From contig CAYOJH010000004.1 in the NCBI GenBank assembly GCA_964404275.1, forward strand, positions 5,172 through 69,171: 64,000 nt of DNA, in the 5' to 3' direction. The stretch comes from an uncultured Gammaproteobacteria bacterium. GTDB lineage: Bacteria; Patescibacteriota; Patescibacteriia; SG8-24; DYFX01. The notes under the pieces were generated by a model. That model searched no databases. It worked only from the letters and a program-made list of their open reading frames with translations, and was not told the DNA's origin. Position 1 is the stretch's first letter; each line of letters starts with the position of its first letter. Both the position numbers and the translations under genes were made by a program. Shown piece after piece: positions 9,415 through 18,948 of this stretch.

Positions 9415-9651
9415 TTATGCGCTCATTTGCTGTAAGGTTGGCGCTTGGAACGACCGGACCCGCGAGGGTTCGGACGAGGCGGGTGCGGCGAAACGGCGGT
9501 CGATCGCGCGCAATCCGTACGCAAAGCCGGTGATAAGGAGCAGGGCAAGGGCCAGCGAGGGGAGAATTCCCGCTTCCCGGGGCTTCGCGCGTGAAAGAAC
9601 GATCTGACGCCGCTCGACGCTGTAAGGATGGAGTCCTCCGGCGACAAGCAT
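9415..9651 (-). CDS. Possible small single-TM protein
   Basis: Contains the hydrophobic stretch ILPSLALALLLITGFAYGL and fills the intergenic gap; start uncertain. Confidence 0.35.
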   Translation of the reverse strand: MLVAGGLHPYSVERRQIVLSRAKPREAGILPSLALALLLITGFAYGLRAIDRRFAAPASSEPSRVRSFQAPTLQQMSA

Positions 9652-9752
9652 GGCCTGAATGCGATTCAATGCATAAATGATACCAAAAAATCGGGCTTTC
9701 GTCAAACGCGCGGGTTGAAAGACGGCGATGAAACGCGTACGCTGGAGCCGTT

Positions 9753-11201
9753 ATGTCGCGCACACGAGCCATCGCCAAAAATACGGTCATCCAGATCGCG
9801 GGCCGCGCCGTCGGCACCGTGCTCGGGCTGATCACGCTCGGCACCATGACGCGCGCGCTCGGAGCGGCCGGGTACGGCGCGTTCACGACCGTCACGAGCT
9901 TCCTGCAGTTTTTCGGCATCTTGGTCGACTTCGGACTTTCGCTTACGACCGTCGCGATGCTGTCCGAGCACGGCGCGGATCAAGATCGGATCGCCTCCAA
10001 CATCTTCACGCTGCGCATCGTCTCGGCCGCGATCTTTTTCGCGCTCGCGCCCTTGGCCGTACTGCTGTTTCCGTATTCGCATGAGATCAAGTCCGGCGTC
10101 TCGGTGGCGGCCGCTTCGTTTTTCCTGATCGCGGTCAACCAAGTGCTGACGAGCGTCCTGCAAAAAGAATTGCGGATGGCCCGCGCCGCGGTTGCGGAAG
10201 TGCTCGGCCGCCTCGGGCTCCTGGCGGGCACGCTCGCCGCCGCGTATTGGCATCTCGGTCTCCACTGGCTGCTCGCTTCGCTTGTGATCGGCAACGCGCT
10301 AACGGCGCTCTGCAACTGGCAGCTCGTCCGCACGCTCGTACGAACCTCGTGGCGTTTCGATTGGCCTGTTTGGAAAGACATCATCGATCGCTCCTGGCCG
10401 ATCGCGCTCTCGATCACCTTCAACTTGGTGTATCTCAAAGGCGACGTGATCGCGCTCTCGCTCACGCGCTCGCAAGCGGAAGTCGGCGTCTACGGCGCCG
10501 CCTACAAAATCCTCGACGTGCTGACCGTCATTCCGATCATGTTCATGGGCCTCGTGCTGCCATTGCTCGTGAAAGCGCGGCATGAAAAGAACGAGCACGA
10601 CTGGAAGCGCATCATGCAGAAAGCCTTTGATTTCATGGCACTTTTGGCGATGCCGCTCGTGGCCGGCACGATCGTGGTCGGTCCCGCCATGATGCGGCTC
10701 TTCGCCGGAGGCGACTTCGGCGACTCAGGACGGCTGCTGCAAATCCTGATCCTGGCCTGCGCCGCCGTCTTCTTCGGTTCGTTCTTCGGACACGCCATCA
10801 TCGCCGCGCGGAAACAGCGCTCGATGGTCTGGGGCTACGCGATCGACGCGATCCTGGCGACCGCGCTGTATGCGCTGACGGTCCCGACCCACGGGCCGAT
10901 CGCCGCCGCCTGGGTGACGGTCGCATCCGAAGTCTTCATCGCCTGCGCGACCTTCTTCGTCGTCTGGCGCGCCACGAAATTCGCCCCGTCGCTGCGCGCC
11001 GCCTTCCGCGCCGCCGTTGCCGCGATCCTCATGGCCGCCGTGATCGCCGGCCTGCCGCCCGCCATGCACGTGCTTTTCAAAATTATCATCGGCGCAGGTC
11101 TTTATGCCGGTCTCGCGCTGCTCCTGCGCGCTGTTTCGATTTCCACGTTGAAAGAATTGCTTGGTCGCGGCCAGCCCGAAATTCCGCCGGCGCTCGGTTG
11201 A
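9753..11201 (+). CDS. Wzx-type polysaccharide flippase
   Basis: Multi-TM protein; IAKNT...ALGAAGYG...DFGL; EVGVYGAAYK. Confidence 0.9.
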   Translation: MSRTRAIAKNTVIQIAGRAVGTVLGLITLGTMTRALGAAGYGAFTTVTSFLQFFGILVDFGLSLTTVAMLSEHGADQDRIASNIFTLRIVSAAIFFALAPLAVLLFPYSHEIKSGVSVAAASFFLIAVNQVLTSVLQKELRMARAAVAEVLGRLGLLAGTLAAAYWHLGLHWLLASLVIGNALTALCNWQLVRTLVRTSWRFDWPVWKDIIDRSWPIALSITFNLVYLKGDVIALSLTRSQAEVGVYGAAYKILDVLTVIPIMFMGLVLPLLVKARHEKNEHDWKRIMQKAFDFMALLAMPLVAGTIVVGPAMMRLFAGGDFGDSGRLLQILILACAAVFFGSFFGHAIIAARKQRSMVWGYAIDAILATALYALTVPTHGPIAAAWVTVASEVFIACATFFVVWRATKFAPSLRAAFRAAVAAILMAAVIAGLPPAMHVLFKIIIGAGLYAGLALLLRAVSISTLKELLGRGQPEIPPALG

Positions 11202-11244
11202 CGCGAACGCGTTTTCGTGCCAGGCTCCCGCCAGGAGGTGCGAC

Positions 11245-11604
11245 ATGGCCGCAGAAAACATCGAGGAGGAGATGCGCACGCTTACGGCTCAGCGCAAGAA
11301 ACGGGAAGAGCAGTGCAAGCAGCTCTTCCAGGACGGACGGTCGCCGCGCGAACGGCTCTCGCTGCTGGGCGACGTGCTGAACAGCCTGATCGACGAGCAC
11401 AACGCGACCACCGAGGTGTACGCCATGATTCCGGCGACCCGACATATCCAGGTCTCTCTCAAGGATCTGGCAGCGGTCGATGCCTGGTGGAACGGCGGCG
11501 ACATCGAGGAGCTGCTCAAGCACTTCTCCCCGCGCACGCCCTACGATCCGGGAATGATCTGCGGCTGCTTGCCGCGCCGTCCCGAAACTCCGACCGCCGC
11601 CTGA
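11245..11604 (+). CDS. Hypothetical protein
   Basis: AGGAGG SD before ATG 11245; followed by a hairpin and T tract. Confidence 0.65.
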   Translation: MAAENIEEEMRTLTAQRKKREEQCKQLFQDGRSPRERLSLLGDVLNSLIDEHNATTEVYAMIPATRHIQVSLKDLAAVDAWWNGGDIEELLKHFSPRTPYDPGMICGCLPRRPETPTAA

Positions 11605-11660
11605 TGCCGGCGGTTTTTTCTTTCCTTGAAGCCGAGGACCGATGCAGGTACCGTGATGCC

Positions 11661-12758
11661 ATGCCGTCCATCTTGTTTTTCTCGTTCCCCTACGCCTCTT
11701 CCCGCGGCGGCGGCGAGCGCTATACCGAGCAAACCGTCGAAGGACTTTTGCGCGCCGGAGGCGACGTGACGCTCGTCTCCTCTTCCGAGGCGCTGCTCTC
11801 CGCCTTCGTGTCCAAAAAATGGAAGGTTGTGCCGCTCTGGCTCGGCGTCGAGCCCGTCACGGCTTGGTCGGCGGCGATCTTTCCGCTCTTCGCCATCGTC
11901 GCCTGGCCGATTCTTTTTTTCCTGCTGGCCTGGTTCCGCTGGGCGAAAGGCGTGCGCACGATCGTCTGCCTTTCGATGATCGATAAGCTGCTCGCGACGC
12001 CGATCGCGCGACTCTTCGGCCTGCGCGTCGTCTGGATGGAGCATCTCGTGGCCGGGCGTTCGCTGCGTTTGAATCCGTTTCGTGGATTGTATGTTGCGCT
12101 GTCGAAACGCGTGCGCATCGTGACGGTCTCGGAAGCCGCCGCCGCTTCCTACGCCCAGCTCGGCGTGCCGCGCGATCGTATCGCCGTCATTTCTCCCGGC
12201 GTAGCATCGCTCGCCGCGCAGCCGCCGCGCCGCGCAGGACACGTCATCGGCGCGATCTCGCGTTTCAGCCGCGAAAAGAATGTCGCCTTGCTCCTCAAAG
12301 CCTTCGCGGAAGTTTTGAAATCCATCCCCGACGCGACGCTTGAAATCTACGGCGACGGTCCGGAACGCGCAGCCCTAAAAAAGCTGGCGCAGGATCTCGG
12401 AATCACCGAACAAGCGCATTTCCATGGATATGTAGAACGCATCGGCGATCGTTGCGCCTTCGATGTGCTGGCCGTGCCTTCCTCGCGCGAATCGTTCGGC
12501 ATGGCGGCACTCGAAACGATGCGCTGCGGAATCCCCGTCGTCGCCACGCGCGCGGGTGGGTTGCCGGAAGTCATCGCCGACGGCGAAACGGGAATCGTGG
12601 TTCCGCCTGATGACGCGGCGGCGATGTCGGAAGCGCTCGTCGCGCTCATGAAAGATCCCGCGCGCGCGGCGCACCTGGGCGCGGCCGGGCGCGAACGCGC
12701 GGCGCGCATGTTCAGCGAAGAAAAAATGCAACAGGCATGGACAACGCTCTTGTCGTAG
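11661..12758 (+). CDS. Glycosyltransferase family 4
   Basis: GGGERY; ESFGMAALE; PVVATRAGGLPE. Confidence 0.92.
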   Translation: MPSILFFSFPYASSRGGGERYTEQTVEGLLRAGGDVTLVSSSEALLSAFVSKKWKVVPLWLGVEPVTAWSAAIFPLFAIVAWPILFFLLAWFRWAKGVRTIVCLSMIDKLLATPIARLFGLRVVWMEHLVAGRSLRLNPFRGLYVALSKRVRIVTVSEAAAASYAQLGVPRDRIAVISPGVASLAAQPPRRAGHVIGAISRFSREKNVALLLKAFAEVLKSIPDATLEIYGDGPERAALKKLAQDLGITEQAHFHGYVERIGDRCAFDVLAVPSSRESFGMAALETMRCGIPVVATRAGGLPEVIADGETGIVVPPDDAAAMSEALVALMKDPARAAHLGAAGRERAARMFSEEKMQQAWTTLLS

Positions 12759-14014
12759 CGGTCATCGCCAGCGCGGCGCTCCTGCCATTCGAACGCCTCG
12801 GCGCCTTCACGCTCGCCGGCGTCAACATCCGGCCGAGCCAGATCGCGCTCGCGATCGCTTGGCTGCTTTGGATCAGGCTCTGGCTCCTCGGCCGGACGAA
12901 ACTCGCTTGGCGCCGTCCCTCCCTCCTCGCGCTGGCCGGTTTTTTCGCGGTCGCGGGCCTTTCGCTGTTGAACGCGGAAAATCTTCCGCGCTCCCTCGTC
13001 GTGCTCGGCTTCACGCTCTTCACCGCCTCGCTCGCGCTCTTGCTTCCCAACGTCATCAAAGACGAGCGCGCCTTCAAGCGCATCCGCGTCGCCATTGTGC
13101 TCTCCGCCGCGCTCGTCTCCTTGCTCGGCCTCTGGCAATTCGTGGCCGACATGCTCGGCGCGCCGCTTTGGATGACCGGATTGCGCGAGACCTATTCGCG
13201 CGCGATCCTCGGCTTCACGCGCGTGCAAGGCGCCTCGGCCGAGCCGCTCTATTTCGCCGACTACCTGCTGCTGCCCATCTCCTTGGTCGTCACCTGGTTG
13301 TTGCGCCATGACGCAAAAACTGACGGCCGTCGGTTTTTGCGCCCCGTGCAAATCCTGCTCGTCGCCATGTTGATTGACGTTTTCCTCACCGCTTCGCGCG
13401 GCGGCTGGCTCGGCCTCGGCGTGACACTCGTCGTGCTGTTGTGGTGCGAACGGAAGCGCTTGAAGGATTGGCGGCCGATCGCGCGGGCGGGCGGAATCGC
13501 CGTCGCGGCGCTCTCGCTTGGCGTGCTTCTGCTCGGAAGTTTCTTTTCTCCGACGCGCGAAACGGTGACGGATATTTTCTTCACCCACGTCACCAACATC
13601 ACGGGCGGCGCGGCGTATGACGACCGCGCGCAAACGATCTCCGCCGCGCTCGACGCCTGGCGCGCGCATCCTTGGATCGGCGTCGGCTTCGGCGGCTACG
13701 GCCCGTTCGTCTCGACCTTCGCCTTCGCCAAACCGGATGCAGGCTGGCCGATCGTGAATAATGAAACGTTGGAACTGCTCGCCGAAACGGGAGTATTTGG
13801 ACTTGTTGCCTTTCTGATCTTCCTCGTCACGCTTATGCATGAAACCAGCGGGCGGCGCAGGCGATATCCGCAGGAGGCAACACGCATCGCTTGCCTCGCG
13901 GCGCTGGCAGGCATGTTGGCGCAGTACCAGACCTTCTCAACCTTGTATATCATGCATGTGTGGTTTACGATCGGCCTGCTTTTAGCCGCGTCTGAGGCTG
14001 GAAAACCGGCTTGA
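12737..14014 (+). CDS. O-antigen ligase/polymerase family membrane protein
   Basis: Multi-TM; RVQG..AEP; LTASRGGW; PWIGVGFGGY...NNETLELLAETG. Confidence 0.85.
   Translation: MDNALVVAVIASAALLPFERLGAFTLAGVNIRPSQIALAIAWLLWIRLWLLGRTKLAWRRPSLLALAGFFAVAGLSLLNAENLPRSLVVLGFTLFTASLALLLPNVIKDERAFKRIRVAIVLSAALVSLLGLWQFVADMLGAPLWMTGLRETYSRAILGFTRVQGASAEPLYFADYLLLPISLVVTWLLRHDAKTDGRRFLRPVQILLVAMLIDVFLTASRGGWLGLGVTLVVLLWCERKRLKDWRPIARAGGIAVAALSLGVLLLGSFFSPTRETVTDIFFTHVTNITGGAAYDDRAQTISAALDAWRAHPWIGVGFGGYGPFVSTFAFAKPDAGWPIVNNETLELLAETGVFGLVAFLIFLVTLMHETSGRRRRYPQEATRIACLAALAGMLAQYQTFSTLYIMHVWFTIGLLLAASEAGKPA
13309..13344. repeat. Family A palindrome embedded in frame in a CDS
   Basis: tgacgcaaaaactgacggccgtcggtttttgcgccc, 33/36 identical to the copy at 6122. 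Confidence 0.85.
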
Positions 14015-14059
14015 CAAAAGATGTAACATTTGTTACATTAAATGTAACACTTGTTACAT
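14011..14059 (+). promoter_or_regulatory. TA promoter with a tandem palindromic operator
   Basis: TTGACA (14011)-17 nt-TACATT, overlapped by ATGTAACA-NN-TGTTACAT at 14021-14038 and 14042-14059. Confidence 0.75.
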
Positions 14060-14308
14060 ATGTCCAAAAAACTCCTCTCACCCACCGAAGTTGCAAGCAT
14101 GCTGGGGATCAGCCGGGTGCACGTCTGGCGGAAGATCCAATCAGGCGAAATTCAAGCCGAGAAAGTCGGCAGTCGTTATGTCGTGCCTGCCGATCAGTTC
14201 AAAACGCTTCAACCTTCCGATCCGGTAAGCGAGAATGAAATCGCAAAGGCCGTGAAGAGGGTCGTAAAGGAATACGGCACCACGCTGAAGAAGCTCGGGG
14301 CCGAGTGA
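14060..14308 (+). CDS. Excisionase-like (HTH_17-type) DNA-binding protein, putative antitoxin
   Basis: LLSPTEVASMLGISR...IQSGEIQA; C-terminal VVKEYGTTLKKL. Confidence 0.8.
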   Translation: MSKKLLSPTEVASMLGISRVHVWRKIQSGEIQAEKVGSRYVVPADQFKTLQPSDPVSENEIAKAVKRVVKEYGTTLKKLGAE

Positions 14309-14309
14309 T

Positions 14310-14732
14310 ATGACCCGCAGGCTCAATATTGATCATGTCCGTTTCTTGGCGCACGAGCTCGCGCAACGGCTCATGGAGTGGGGTGAACCCATTCCGCCGT
14401 TTGAAACACGTTATCCGGAAAAGCTGGAATCCTGCCTAACGACGCCGTTCGCGACATATGACAAGAAGGAACTCTACCCGACGCTTGAAGAAAAATCCGC
14501 GATCCTGTTCTATTTGATGATCAAAAATCACCCTTTCAAAAACGGGAATAAAAGGGTGGCAGTGACAACTCTTCTTGTTTTTCTCTCCGCCAACGGAAAA
14601 TGGATGAAAGTCGATGAGCAGCAGCTCTATTCTTTCGCCAAGTGGGTGGCGGAGAGCTTGCCGAGTTTGAAAGACGCGACAGTCTTCGCCGTTATTGACT
14701 TCTTAAAAAAACAGATCGTAAACGCTGCATGA
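14310..14732 (+). CDS. Fic/Doc family toxin
   Basis: HPFKNGNKR Doc-type motif; visibly lower GC than the flanks. Confidence 0.9.
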   Translation: MTRRLNIDHVRFLAHELAQRLMEWGEPIPPFETRYPEKLESCLTTPFATYDKKELYPTLEEKSAILFYLMIKNHPFKNGNKRVAVTTLLVFLSANGKWMKVDEQQLYSFAKWVAESLPSLKDATVFAVIDFLKKQIVNAA

Positions 14733-15940
14733 CCCTCCTCACCGTCGCCTTCATCGCTTTCGCGCTCCTCGCCTGGAAAAATCTCCGCGCGGCTTTTTTG
14801 CTGTTCGTGGCCGCGCTGCCCACCTACGTGATTCGTTTCCAGGTCGGCCCCTTGCCGACGACGGCGCTCGAAATCCTGTTCGCGATCCTCTTCGCCGCCT
14901 GGATGCTGAAGCGCGAGAAACGCCTGATCGACATCAAAGGCTGGGGCTGGCTGCTGCTCGCCTGGATCGCCGTCGCGACGGTTTCGCTCTTCGTCTCCCC
15001 CGATTTTCGCGCGGCGGCCGGCGTCTGGAAAGCCTATTTCATCGAGCCTATCCTCTTCTTCCTGATCGCCAACGACCTGCTACGCACGCAAGCGGACCGC
15101 GAGGCGGCCGTGCATTCGCTGGCCTGGTCGGCGATCGCGATTTCGATTCCAGCCATCCTCCAGCATTGGACGAACTGGGGCGTGCCGCCTCCCTGGAACC
15201 TGCCGGGACAGGAGCGTTCGACCTCGATCTACGGCTATCCGAACGCGACGGGTTTGTTCCTGGCGCCGATCGTTCCGCTGTTTTTCAAAAAGAAACCGCT
15301 GCACCTTATCGCGCTCGCCTGCTCGCTGGCCGCGATCGTGTTGGTGCAATCCGAAGGCGCGATCGTCGGCCTGATCGCCGCGACCGGCGTCTTCCTGCTG
15401 TGCTTCAAAGAGACGCGCAAGCGCGCGCTCGCCGTCGGCGCGATCCTGGCCGTCGTGATTTTTGCCGTTCCCGCTACCCGCGCGGTCGCGATCGAAAAAC
15501 TCACGCTGAACGATTGGTCCGGCCGCGTGCGCAAAGAGATGTGGGGCGAAACCATGAACATGCTGAAAGATCACGCCGTGTTCGGCGCGGGCCTCTCCGG
15601 CTACCCGATCGTCTTCAACCCCTATCACAAAGCGCGGCACATCGAGATCTTCCAATATCCGCATGACATTCTCTTGAACTTCTGGGTCGAGACCGGCTTA
15701 GCCGGCGTGCTCGTGTTCTTCCTTCTGGTCGGACAGGATCTTCAAACCATCCGCAGTCTCATGAAGCGCGATCCTCGCCTGCGCGCCTGGTGCGCGATGC
15801 TCTTCGCTTCGATGACGGCGCTGCTCGTCCACGGCCTGGTCGACGTCCCCTATTTCAAAAACGATCTCTCGATGCTGTTCTGGCTCTTGCTCGCCTTCGC
15901 CGCCTCGAGCTTGGCCGAAACGAAAACGCCGCCCCGTTAG
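14729..15940 (+). CDS. O-antigen ligase family membrane protein
   Basis: Multi-TM; YGYPN; SEGA; FGAGL...YPHDILLNFWVETG; HGLVD. Confidence 0.85.
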   Translation: MTLLTVAFIAFALLAWKNLRAAFLLFVAALPTYVIRFQVGPLPTTALEILFAILFAAWMLKREKRLIDIKGWGWLLLAWIAVATVSLFVSPDFRAAAGVWKAYFIEPILFFLIANDLLRTQADREAAVHSLAWSAIAISIPAILQHWTNWGVPPPWNLPGQERSTSIYGYPNATGLFLAPIVPLFFKKKPLHLIALACSLAAIVLVQSEGAIVGLIAATGVFLLCFKETRKRALAVGAILAVVIFAVPATRAVAIEKLTLNDWSGRVRKEMWGETMNMLKDHAVFGAGLSGYPIVFNPYHKARHIEIFQYPHDILLNFWVETGLAGVLVFFLLVGQDLQTIRSLMKRDPRLRAWCAMLFASMTALLVHGLVDVPYFKNDLSMLFWLLLAFAASSLAETKTPPR

Positions 15941-16116
15941 GAGGCGGCGTTTTTTTGCAGGCAGGACGTGCACCACATGTTGTCCATCGGCTGGGCGTGC
16001 CCGCAGTCTTCGCATTTGCAGGTTCCTTCCGCGCACGTCATCGGCATTTTGCAGTCCTTGCACTTCGCGGCGTCGGCGGGAAAATCCATCCCGCAGGCCG
16101 CGCACTTCATGGTCAT
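15937..16116 (-). CDS. Small Cys/Met-rich metal-binding protein
   Basis: 59 aa with 10 Cys (CAAC, CKDC, CKCEDC, CTSC). Confidence 0.6.
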   Translation of the reverse strand: MTMKCAACGMDFPADAAKCKDCKMPMTCAEGTCKCEDCGHAQPMDNMWCTSCLQKNAAS

Positions 16117-16224
16117 AAGTCGTTGATACATTCTTGCCCACAGCATAGCCAAAGCTTGACGCAAGGGCAAATGCGGGATCTTTACGATTCCGTCGCCGCG
16201 TGCTAGATTGCGGCAGTCAACCGT

Positions 16225-16315
16225 GGAGAGATGGCTGAGCGGTTGAAGGCGACGGTCTCGAAAACCGTTAGACCTCAAAAGGGTCTCGTGAGTTCGAATC
16301 TCACTCTCTCCGCCA
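16225..16315 (+). tRNA. tRNA-Ser(CGA)
   Basis: Anticodon arm acggt-ctCGAaa-accgt; long variable arm; GTTCGAATC; CCA. Confidence 0.95.
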
Positions 16316-16391
16316 AAAGGCGCCGGGCAGATCCCGGCGTTTTTTGCATGAAAAAACCCGCGTGGCGCATGCCCCGAGCGGAGTCGAGGGG

Positions 16392-17129
16392 TCAGCGCGC
16401 GCGGGTTTTGAGGAAAATCGCCTTTTCCCGGTCGACGGCGATCGGAACGGCGCAGAGCAAGTAATCCTGCAGCGCCTGGCCGTAGAGATCGATCGTCGCC
16501 TTGTCGTCTCCGATGAAGCCGGCCGCCAGATACTCCAGCGTGCGGAAGAACGTGTCGACGACCAAGCCGTCGAAGATCTTCTCGCCTTCGAGGCTCGTTC
16601 CGCGCGCGAACCGGACGTTCAACAGCTTGGGCAGCGTCTCGAGCAGCGGTTTGCGCAGCGGATCGAGTTGCTCGCGCAGAGCCTTGTGCGTTTTGTTCGT
16701 GAGGTGCCGATCTGGCGCGGAGACCATCTGTCCGGCGAAGGTCGGAAGCACGCCCGAATCATGCGGGCAGCGCTCCTGCAGCATCCGCATGATGTCCGGC
16801 AGGAACGCATAGCTGCGATAGCTGTCGTACGTCTCTTGCAACATCCAGTCCGGACATTCGAACGGCTTGGCCGGATCGATGAAGAGCACGCGCGGCCGGA
16901 AGATGCCGGTCAATCGATAGGCCAGATGCGCCAGCTCGATATCGTTCTTGCGACCGTAGTCGGCGCGCACGCGCAGCGATCCGTCCTCGTCGGCATTATC
17001 GATCAGCGCGATGAACTCGCGGAAATAATGCGGCACGCTGTAACGCGCACGCACGCCCGGATCCTTGGCCTGCCGGCCGACCCACTCGCCGAACGCGCGC
17101 AGACCTTCGTTGAGACCGTTGACATACAT
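16392..17129 (-). CDS. Hypothetical protein
   Basis: AAAGGAG SD before MYVNGL; codon usage like other coding genes. Confidence 0.65.
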   Translation of the reverse strand: MYVNGLNEGLRAFGEWVGRQAKDPGVRARYSVPHYFREFIALIDNADEDGSLRVRADYGRKNDIELAHLAYRLTGIFRPRVLFIDPAKPFECPDWMLQETYDSYRSYAFLPDIMRMLQERCPHDSGVLPTFAGQMVSAPDRHLTNKTHKALREQLDPLRKPLLETLPKLLNVRFARGTSLEGEKIFDGLVVDTFFRTLEYLAAGFIGDDKATIDLYGQALQDYLLCAVPIAVDREKAIFLKTRAR

Positions 17130-17196
17130 GCAAAGAGCTCCTTTCGCGATCGAGCGCATCCCAACACGCGGAAGCCGCCGCGTCAAGGTGTGGGCC

Positions 17197-17266
17197 GTCA
17201 TTCCGACCGAGCGAAGCGAGCGGAGGAAACCCTCCGGAGGGATCCCTCGGCTGCGCTCGGGATGAC
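17197..17266. repeat. GTCA-terminated inverted-repeat element (family E)
   Basis: gtcattccgaccgagcgaagcgag...ccctcggctgcgctcgggatgac; a related half-unit lies at about 16368-16391. Confidence 0.6.
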
Positions 17267-17288
17267 AAAAAATCCCGGCGAGGCGGGA

Positions 17289-17984
17289 TTAGTTCGGACG
17301 GCGCTCGAGCTCTTGCTCGAAGTCCTGCCGGAAGCGCTTGATGTCTTCGGGCGAGAGCGTGGCGAGCTGCTGGCGATCGATGATCTTCCAGCGCGTGCAG
17401 ACGCGCATCATGGCCGCGTGCCGGCGCTTGACCTCCTCGAGATGCGCGAGCCGGCAGAGGTACGTGTAGCCGAAGCCGTCCACGAACGGCACGAGCTTGG
17501 CCGGATGATCGAACTGCGCGCGGATCACGAGCAGCATCGCGGGCTGGCGGATCGGCATCAGCGCGTCGGGGCTCGGAAACGTCGCCTCGACCGAACGCGT
17601 GAACAGCTTCTCGGACAGCTCGTAGTCGATCCGGTCGCGCTCACCGCCGACGAAGGCCTGCGGATCGGCCGCGCGGACTCTGGCGTCCGTCGCGGCGATG
17701 AAGGCCTTAGCGTCCTCGACGGACACCTGCGCGTCCCAGAGAAGCGATCCGTTCCGACCGAGCGGAATGAGGTACGGATCGGCGTGCACGACCTCGTCGT
17801 GCCGCGCCATGACGTGCATCTGCCTGGCGCCGAAAATGGCGGAAACGCAGACGAACATCGTCTTCGGTTCGGTCGCGGCGATGAACAGGATCGGCCCTTC
17901 CGGAACCGTCCGGCCGAAGCAGCGCGTCAGGTCGAACAGATCGTCGATCAGCGCATCGGTCAAATCCGGCAGTTCTTGGCGCAT
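17289..17984 (-). CDS. Hypothetical protein
   Basis: AAGGAGG SD before MRQELP. Confidence 0.65.
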   Translation of the reverse strand: MRQELPDLTDALIDDLFDLTRCFGRTVPEGPILFIAATEPKTMFVCVSAIFGARQMHVMARHDEVVHADPYLIPLGRNGSLLWDAQVSVEDAKAFIAATDARVRAADPQAFVGGERDRIDYELSEKLFTRSVEATFPSPDALMPIRQPAMLLVIRAQFDHPAKLVPFVDGFGYTYLCRLAHLEEVKRRHAAMMRVCTRWKIIDRQQLATLSPEDIKRFRQDFEQELERRPN

Positions 17985-18070
17985 GGGCTTCCTCCTTGGA
18001 AGGTCCTGCTCCACCTGTACGTTTTTTCCCGCAAAAAGTCAATTCTGTTATACTTTCCCATATCCCGCCT

Positions 18071-18943
18071 ATGAAGATCCGCAAAGCCATCCTGCCCGTC
18101 GCCGGCATGGGAACCCGCTTCCTGCCCGCCACCAAGGCCCAGCCGAAAGAGATGCTCACGATCGTGGACAAGCCCGTGATCCAGTACGTCGTGGAAGAAG
18201 CCGTCGCGTCCGGCATCGAGGAGATCATCTTCGTGACCTCGCTCACCAAGCGCGCGATCGAGGATCATTTCGACCGCAACTTCGAGCTCGAAATGCGCCT
18301 CAAGGAAAAGGACCGCAAGAACGATCTGGCGGAACTCAAGAAGATTTCGAATCTCGCCAAGTTCGCCTTCGTCCGCCAACAAGCGCCGCTCGGCGACGGC
18401 CACGCCATCCTGGCCGCCCTGCCGTTCGTCGATCCGAAAGAGCCGGTCGCGATCCTGTTCGGCGACGACATCTTCGACGCGCGGATTCCCGTCACGGCCC
18501 AGCTGATCGACGCCTACGACAAATACCACGATCCGATCATCGCGCTCTGCGACGTCGGCAGGAAGAACGTCTCGAGTTACGGCATCGCCAGCGGCACAAT
18601 GACCTCGAAGTCGATCATGGAACTCAACGGCTTCGTCGAGAAGCCGCGAGCCGAAGAAGCGCCTTCGACGCTGGCCGCGGTCGGCCGGTACATCATCACG
18701 CCGGAGATCATGGAGATCCTGAAGACCCAGAAGCCCGGCAAAGACGGCGAGATCCGGCTGGCCGACGCTTTCATCACCCATCTCTCGAGAGGCGCCGCCA
18801 TGTACGGCCGCCTCGCCGACGCCGTCCGTTACGACTGCGGCAACAAATCCCAATTCCTCCTGGCCAACGTCGCCTACGGCCTCCGCCACGCCCAGGTCGC
18901 TCCCGACTTCAAGAAAGGCCTCAAGAAACTTCTTTCGCACTGA
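18071..18943 (+). CDS. galU: UTP-glucose-1-phosphate uridylyltransferase
   Basis: KAILPVAGMGTRFLPATKAQPKEML. Confidence 0.95.
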   Translation: MKIRKAILPVAGMGTRFLPATKAQPKEMLTIVDKPVIQYVVEEAVASGIEEIIFVTSLTKRAIEDHFDRNFELEMRLKEKDRKNDLAELKKISNLAKFAFVRQQAPLGDGHAILAALPFVDPKEPVAILFGDDIFDARIPVTAQLIDAYDKYHDPIIALCDVGRKNVSSYGIASGTMTSKSIMELNGFVEKPRAEEAPSTLAAVGRYIITPEIMEILKTQKPGKDGEIRLADAFITHLSRGAAMYGRLADAVRYDCGNKSQFLLANVAYGLRHAQVAPDFKKGLKKLLSH

Positions 18944-18948
18944 GCCCT

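Noticed and set aside
17698-18948. 881-aa ORF as a fusion protein
   Set aside because: Its N-terminal part overlaps galU in another frame. The real gene starts at ATG 18949 with a lipoprotein signal.
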